Source of the DNA: Candidatus Latescibacterota bacterium
GTDB taxonomy: Bacteria; Latescibacterota; UBA2968; GCA-2709665
NCBI GenBank assembly: GCA_965116875.1
Contig: OZ220733.1
Coordinates: 4,768,001 to 4,832,000, forward strand
DNA length: 64,000 bases
Direction: 5' to 3'
The translations under genes and the position numbers were made by a program. The notes below the pieces were generated by a model that worked only from the letters and a program-made list of their open reading frames with translations, was not told the DNA's origin and made no database searches. This document shows, one piece after another, positions 59,546 through 64,000 of this stretch (position 1 is the first letter of the stretch; each line of letters opens with the position of its first letter).

Positions 59546-59758
59546 TCAACCGTTCCGCCTGTTCTTCACGCGCCGGATCCAGGCGCCCACGGCAAGCCCC
59601 AGGCTGGCGCCGATCGTTACCCCGGCGCTCACCCACAGACCGAAGTCGCCGCTTCCCACGCCGAAGACGGAACCCGCGCCGGCGCCGACGCCCGAACCCA
59701 CCGCCATCCATTTTCCTGTTTCACGTTGCCCTTTTCCGACTTCCCGACTTTCGGACAT
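59546..59758 (-). CDS. Small glycine-zipper membrane protein
   Basis: GAGG SD; GxxxG repeats GSGVGAGAGSVFG, AGVTIGASLGLAVG; basic tail. Confidence 0.65.
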   Translation of the reverse strand: MSESREVGKGQRETGKWMAVGSGVGAGAGSVFGVGSGDFGLWVSAGVTIGASLGLAVGAWIRRVKNRRNG

Positions 59759-59974
59759 GGCGAATCCTCTCGCGCGACCCCATCGCCTTCAGACACACGA
59801 AATATACCGGGCGGTACCGACCGGAACAAGGTGAAACCGACACCGGCAGCGAATCGACAATTCCCTTGACAATGCCGTTGATCGGGTTGTAGATATGGAC
59901 CGGACGTTACAATTGAAGCATCTGCCTTCGACGAATCGAACAGTGCACGGAAGCGTGCCCGAAAGGAGCTGAAC

Positions 59975-60835
59975 ATGCAGCCCGAGCTGATCGCGGATTA
60001 TTCCTGTGAGACCGGCGAAGGACCGCTCTGGCACCCGACGGAAAAGAAGGTCTACTGGACCGATATTCCTGCCGGCCGCGTGTTCCGCTACGACCCGGCC
60101 ACCGGAATGCACGAAACCTGCTACACGGGCGGCGTCGTTGGCGGCTTTACGGTGCAGGCCGACGGATCTCTGCTGTTTTTCATGGAACGCGGCGCGGTCA
60201 AGATCTGGCGCAACGGTGAACTCACGACGGTGATCGAGGAAATCCCGGAGGAGCGCGAGACTCGCTTCAATGACGTGATTGCGGATCCCGAGGGCCGGGT
60301 ATTCTGCGGTACCATGCCCACGCCGGAGCGGCCGGGAAGGCTGTACCGACTGGATACGGACGGCACACTTCACCTGGTCATCGATGAGGTTGGGATTTCC
60401 AACGGTATGGGGTTCACGGCGGACCTTCGAAATATGTACTTCACGGACTCGCCCACGCTCAATATCTACCGGTTCGACTACGATCGGGAAACCGGCGACA
60501 TCGCGAACCGCGTGGTCTTTACGACGCGGGCGGAGGAGGACGAAGGGATACCGGACGGCATGACGGTGGACGCCCACGGCTGCGTCTGGTCCGCCCGATG
60601 GGACGGCTGCTGCCTCGTGCGATACACGCCCGACGGCGTGGAAGATCGGCGCATCGCATTCCCCGTCAGGAAAGTGTCCAGCCTCACCTTCGGCGGGGAG
60701 GACTACACGGACATCTACGTCACAACCGCGGGCGGAAACATCAAGCACGAAGACGGCGAACACGCCGGCGCCCTGTTCCGCCTGAACCTGGGCATCCGCG
60801 GCGTGGAGGAATTCTATTCGAGAGTCGGGTTGTAA
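59975..60835 (+). CDS. SMP-30/gluconolactonase/LRE family protein
   Basis: AAGGAG SD; GEGPLW, RFND, ISNG, PDGMTVD, FGG. Confidence 0.93.
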   Translation: MQPELIADYSCETGEGPLWHPTEKKVYWTDIPAGRVFRYDPATGMHETCYTGGVVGGFTVQADGSLLFFMERGAVKIWRNGELTTVIEEIPEERETRFNDVIADPEGRVFCGTMPTPERPGRLYRLDTDGTLHLVIDEVGISNGMGFTADLRNMYFTDSPTLNIYRFDYDRETGDIANRVVFTTRAEEDEGIPDGMTVDAHGCVWSARWDGCCLVRYTPDGVEDRRIAFPVRKVSSLTFGGEDYTDIYVTTAGGNIKHEDGEHAGALFRLNLGIRGVEEFYSRVGL

Positions 60836-60907
60836 CATAACACCGGTGAGTAGACGGGAGACGCACGACGGGAGAGGAAAAACCAAAGACCGCCAGATTT
60901 TTGGAAT

Positions 60908-61679
60908 GCAGGGGCGACGGATGCGTCGCCCCTTTCGTTTTCCATTCCTGATCCGCACAGTTCTGATTTCCTGATGGCTGCGCAAGAATCCCGGTCAAGC
61001 CCTAAACAAACACGGTCCCCCTGTCGTATATTATCGTAGATGCAGGGAAAGCATTTTTTTCGTCGACCTACCCTTGATTGGTTCTCATTTACGGTCACTG
61101 CTGTCCAAGAACCGTGGGATTCTCATAGATATGGTTCGAGAAGTGGCTTCAATTCGCAATCTAGAACGGGTCTGATCCGGATAACGGAAGCCAGGTTTCC
61201 ATCGGTTGGTGTTTGGTGTAACGCATGTCATTCTGAGCGGCGTCGAAGCATTTTTCGCCGCTTCCGTCCCGCGTTGCAGGCGGACGTGCTGCTTCTCAGG
61301 TATCGACAAGTGAAAATCGCACGGGATGATCCGATGCTGCAGTAGATCCTTCGTCGGCCTGGGGGCCTCCTCTGGATGACAGCGGGAAGCCACGTGCATG
61401 ACAATCGTAAAACATGTCATTCTGAGCGCGCTGGCCTCCTCAGGATGACATGTTCTGCGAAGGTGTGGGTTCAGCGTTTTGCCAATAGTTATCGCAAGAC
61501 ATGTCAATCAGAGCGCAGCGAAGAATCTCCCGTATTCTCGAATGTACGTGTCGCATTTGGTCTCTATAGATGAGCTTGTGCGCGGACACTTCAACTGCCT
61601 GATGGCCCCTTCGACCCTACGACAAGCTCAGGACAACGGCTCAGGGACCGCAGGCTCGGGGCAAGTCCTCAGAATGACA
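60908..61679. repeat. Array of REP/REPIN-like inverted repeats
   Basis: GGGGCGACGgatgCGTCGCCCC (60908); three TGTCATTCTGAG..CTCAG(G/A)ATGACA-type units at 61226-61381, 61411-61454, 61502-61679. Confidence 0.75.
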
Positions 61680-61820
61680 GTCTTCTCGAAGGTAGGACCG
61701 CCTAGTTTCACCAATGGTTGTGGACGATTTTTTCAGCCATTCATTTCGCGTATTTTCGCGATTCTCGTATTCAATACAAATCCGTTTTTGGACAGGTGTG
61801 ATTTACGGTATATAACGAAG

Positions 61821-61857
61821 AAGCCTGATATGCAACAATATACAAGGCTTTATTCAT
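61821..61857. repeat. 37-bp direct repeat, copy 1 (copy 2 at 63163-63199)
   Basis: AAGCCTGATATGCAA-N9-AGGCTTTATTCAT, 32/37 identical. Confidence 0.8.
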
Positions 61858-61979
61858 GCAATTATAAAAGGTGTTTCGGTACACCTATTCAAGGCGAAAT
61901 CAAAACGGGACAACGCGCTTGTAGCGTGCATCGTCCCGCTTTATATCTTTCGATGCGGAGGATTTTCAGGGAATAGAAT

Positions 61980-62885
61980 TCATCTCTCTTCTTCATCCAA
62001 CAGTTGACCGAACGTGTCGAGGCTGGACGCCTGTACCGCGCCGCGGTGCAACTGTTCGAGACGCTTCACGTCGTCGACGTTCTCGATGCGGGCAGCCAGG
62101 GGATGCGAGGCGGGGAGGTCGAATCGGACGTCGAGTACGGCAAGGATACTTTTCCGCAGCCCCTGTTCAATGCCTTGTTCGATGCCTCGTTCGACGCCCT
62201 GTTGGGTGAGGTATCGGGCAAAGGATGATTCACGCAGGAGATCCATCATCCCCTCCTTCGAAATGATATCAGTAATGGTTTCCGGCACATACGCCAGACC
62301 ACTCAGCAACGCCATTCCTGCGAGATAGTCGGCCTTTTCCGGCGGAGCCATTGAATGCGCGTGGGCGGCGCGCAAACATCGGCGCAACCACGCCCGGGAT
62401 GCCATCCCTTCAGGCGGCTTCATCAAAGGAGCGAAGGCGATCAGCCCCTCATGTCCAGCATCGAGAATGCCCTGACCATCCAGTTCGCTCAATCGGATCA
62501 CTTTGTACTGCACAAGCACCCGATGACCCGGATGCGACTGCGAATACTGTCCCGGATCCCGTTTTCCCGCATCCGGACGCAGATAGATGACGCTGGAACA
62601 CACGGGCAATCCGTGGCGTTCGATTGTCCGCCCGATATAGCCGGCCATGCGCCGCGGCATGGGCGGGTCGGTACTGTCCGTCGTTTGAAATTCGGTATGG
62701 ACCAGCGCCTCGCGGTCGTCAAAACGTACTTGAATGAGACTGTCGGCCTGGCTTGCAGAGACCGTAGGCTGCTGCGTGTCAACGACTTCGAGGACCTGAA
62801 CGTCCTCCCGCCCGAGGGTAAAACAGGCAAAATCGTCGGGATAGGTTTGGATCAGGTGCTTGGAAATCGCATCAAACTCTGCCAT
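61980..62885 (-). CDS. Rpn-family (RpnC/YadD-like) recombination-promoting nuclease/putative transposase
   Basis: FDAISKHL, ADSL, HTEFQT, MPRRMAGY, SVIYL; C-terminal QGVERGIEQGIEQG, VRF..LEQL. Confidence 0.85.
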   Translation of the reverse strand: MAEFDAISKHLIQTYPDDFACFTLGREDVQVLEVVDTQQPTVSASQADSLIQVRFDDREALVHTEFQTTDSTDPPMPRRMAGYIGRTIERHGLPVCSSVIYLRPDAGKRDPGQYSQSHPGHRVLVQYKVIRLSELDGQGILDAGHEGLIAFAPLMKPPEGMASRAWLRRCLRAAHAHSMAPPEKADYLAGMALLSGLAYVPETITDIISKEGMMDLLRESSFARYLTQQGVERGIEQGIEQGLRKSILAVLDVRFDLPASHPLAARIENVDDVKRLEQLHRGAVQASSLDTFGQLLDEEER

Positions 62886-63065
62886 GCAGAACGCCCAGGG
62901 GGAGGAGGAACGGGTCTCTATAAACAAGATATGTGATCAGGACGGAAAGTCAATTGCATCCGGAAAATATCCGATGAATCAAATACGACCCGCGCCCGTC
63001 TCTGGCATCTCGATGTCGACCAATGCTTGTTATTTTAACGTATTCCGGCAGAAGGACAATGAGAC

Positions 63066-63148
63066 GGGCAGACAGGAATGTCTGCCCCACCCCGCAATCA
63101 CGACCACGCAACCCCCGATTGCGAGAACGAGCGACCGGCCGGTCGCCC
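63066..63148. repeat. Two REP-like palindromes
   Basis: GGGCAGACAggaaTGTCTGCCCCAC and GCGACCGGCCGGTCGC (same core as the 3243 element). Confidence 0.7.
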
Positions 63149-63161
63149 ATGCGATATGCAA

Positions 63162-63199
63162 AAAGCCTGATATGCAATGACATATCAGGCTTTATTCAT
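63162..63199. repeat. 37-bp direct repeat, copy 2; perfect 13-bp hairpin, terminator-like on minus strand
   Basis: AAAGCCTGATATG-caatga-CATATCAGGCTTT. Confidence 0.8.
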
Positions 63200-63381
63200 T
63201 CAATCGGCATAGGTCAATCCGGACCGGCTATCCAATGTCGATGCATCACATTCAGGAATGGCCCGCGACCGTTGCCACGTCCACTTGAATCGTACGGTCA
63301 CCTCTCGTATGTGCCCGACCTCTTTCAGTCCGCTGATTGCTGATCGAGTGGATGTTTGACTACACAACCCGCAATCATCGG

Positions 63382-63717
63382 TCACCCCGGGTTCCTGTAT
63401 AGACGAAGAAGCTGCAGCACCGCCTTCTGAACTTCGATATCCAGCCCGTGTAACGTCTCCTGCAGCAACCTGCCGATCTTCCATTCCTGCTTTTCCATTT
63501 TGTCGTCTTCGAAGAACAGGAAGAGCACGTAGGGTTCAACGCCGAATCCGGCGGCGATCTTCTCCAGGGTGTCAAAGGTCAGGTTGATCTCACCGCGTTC
63601 GATTCCCCCGACGTACCGGTAGTCCAGATCCAGTTTCCTGCCCAGTTCGGTTTGCGTCAGTGAAAAGAAGAGACTAAATCGCCCAGCTTATCCGGTTGAG
63701 GTAGCCCCCACGCGCAT
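63382..63717 (-). pseudogene. XRE/C-protein-like HTH regulator with in-frame stop; not in ORF track
   Basis: MRVGATSTG*AGRFSLFFS-LTQTELGRKLDLDYRYVGGIERGEINLTFDTLEKIAAGFGV..; TAA at 63690-63688. Confidence 0.75.
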
Positions 63718-63823
63718 CGGAAGGTCAACGGGATATGGTGCATCGTGTATTCTTTCGCTTAGATTCGTGCACGCTGCCTGCTGAATTCTTGTGTCGAATC
63801 GTCGCCGATATGCCATCGATTCT

Positions 63824-63956
63824 CGTTGCAAAATGCGACATACGTTGCAAAATGCGACAAATGACCATGAACTAACAATATAAATAACTAATAAACAATA
63901 ATTAAACTATAACATGCCATGGAGATTTTGCCGATTTCGGCGTGCATTTTGCAACG
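63824..63956. promoter_or_regulatory. Three copies of a 17-bp operator-like pseudo-palindrome around an AT-rich spacer
   Basis: CGTTGCAAAATGCGACA at 63824 and 63843; inverted 13/17 copy at 63940-63956. Confidence 0.65.
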
Positions 63957-64000
63957 TCTTCTCTATTCGGTCAGTAATTGTCTTCGACTTAACTTACTAA

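Noticed and set aside
61226-61679. CRISPR array
   Set aside because: Repeats are inverted, degenerate and irregularly spaced; no cas genes
61821-63199. Integron attC cassette
   Set aside because: No RYYYAAC/GTTRRRY ends and no integrase in view

Overview
GC-rich chromosomal window from a diderm bacterium. The gene repertoire (Bacteroidota-type RpoD/SigA, bS22, FadL-like barrel, dockerin/EF-hand-tailed secreted protease, many sugar-acid, sulfatase and TIM-barrel enzymes) suggests an FCB-group lineage such as Latescibacterota/Gemmatimonadota; this placement is inference only. Left to right: (1) a receptor-like Ser/Thr kinase with a non-catalytic FGE/CLec domain, a CBM9-bearing orphan enzyme, two tRNA-Pro genes around a DUF368 gene; (2) an mlaE-mlaF-mlaD operon extended by two paralogous secreted Ca-blade (FG-GAP-like) proteins, one fused to a four-CxxCH cytochrome c domain, plus an AI-2E transporter; (3) hup, an unlisted 29-aa bS22-like ribosomal protein, tRNA-Arg and a sigma factor; (4) a 14-kb co-oriented run of ABC exporters and sugar/amino-sugar enzymes; (5) PPK2, an enolase-family enzyme, aspartate kinase, hprK, a degenerate antiporter pair, outer-membrane proteins and map; (6) an iron/manganese region with two Feo systems (one genuinely split, one canonical) and three DtxR-family regulators; (7) an internally duplicated UxaA-family dehydratase; (8) a REP-rich accessory end with an Rpn nuclease carrying a probable nested antitoxin start and a broken XRE regulator. 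Two MITE families are present. No CRISPR array, rRNA, integrase or reverse transcriptase was seen. All calls come from motif reading, without database searches.
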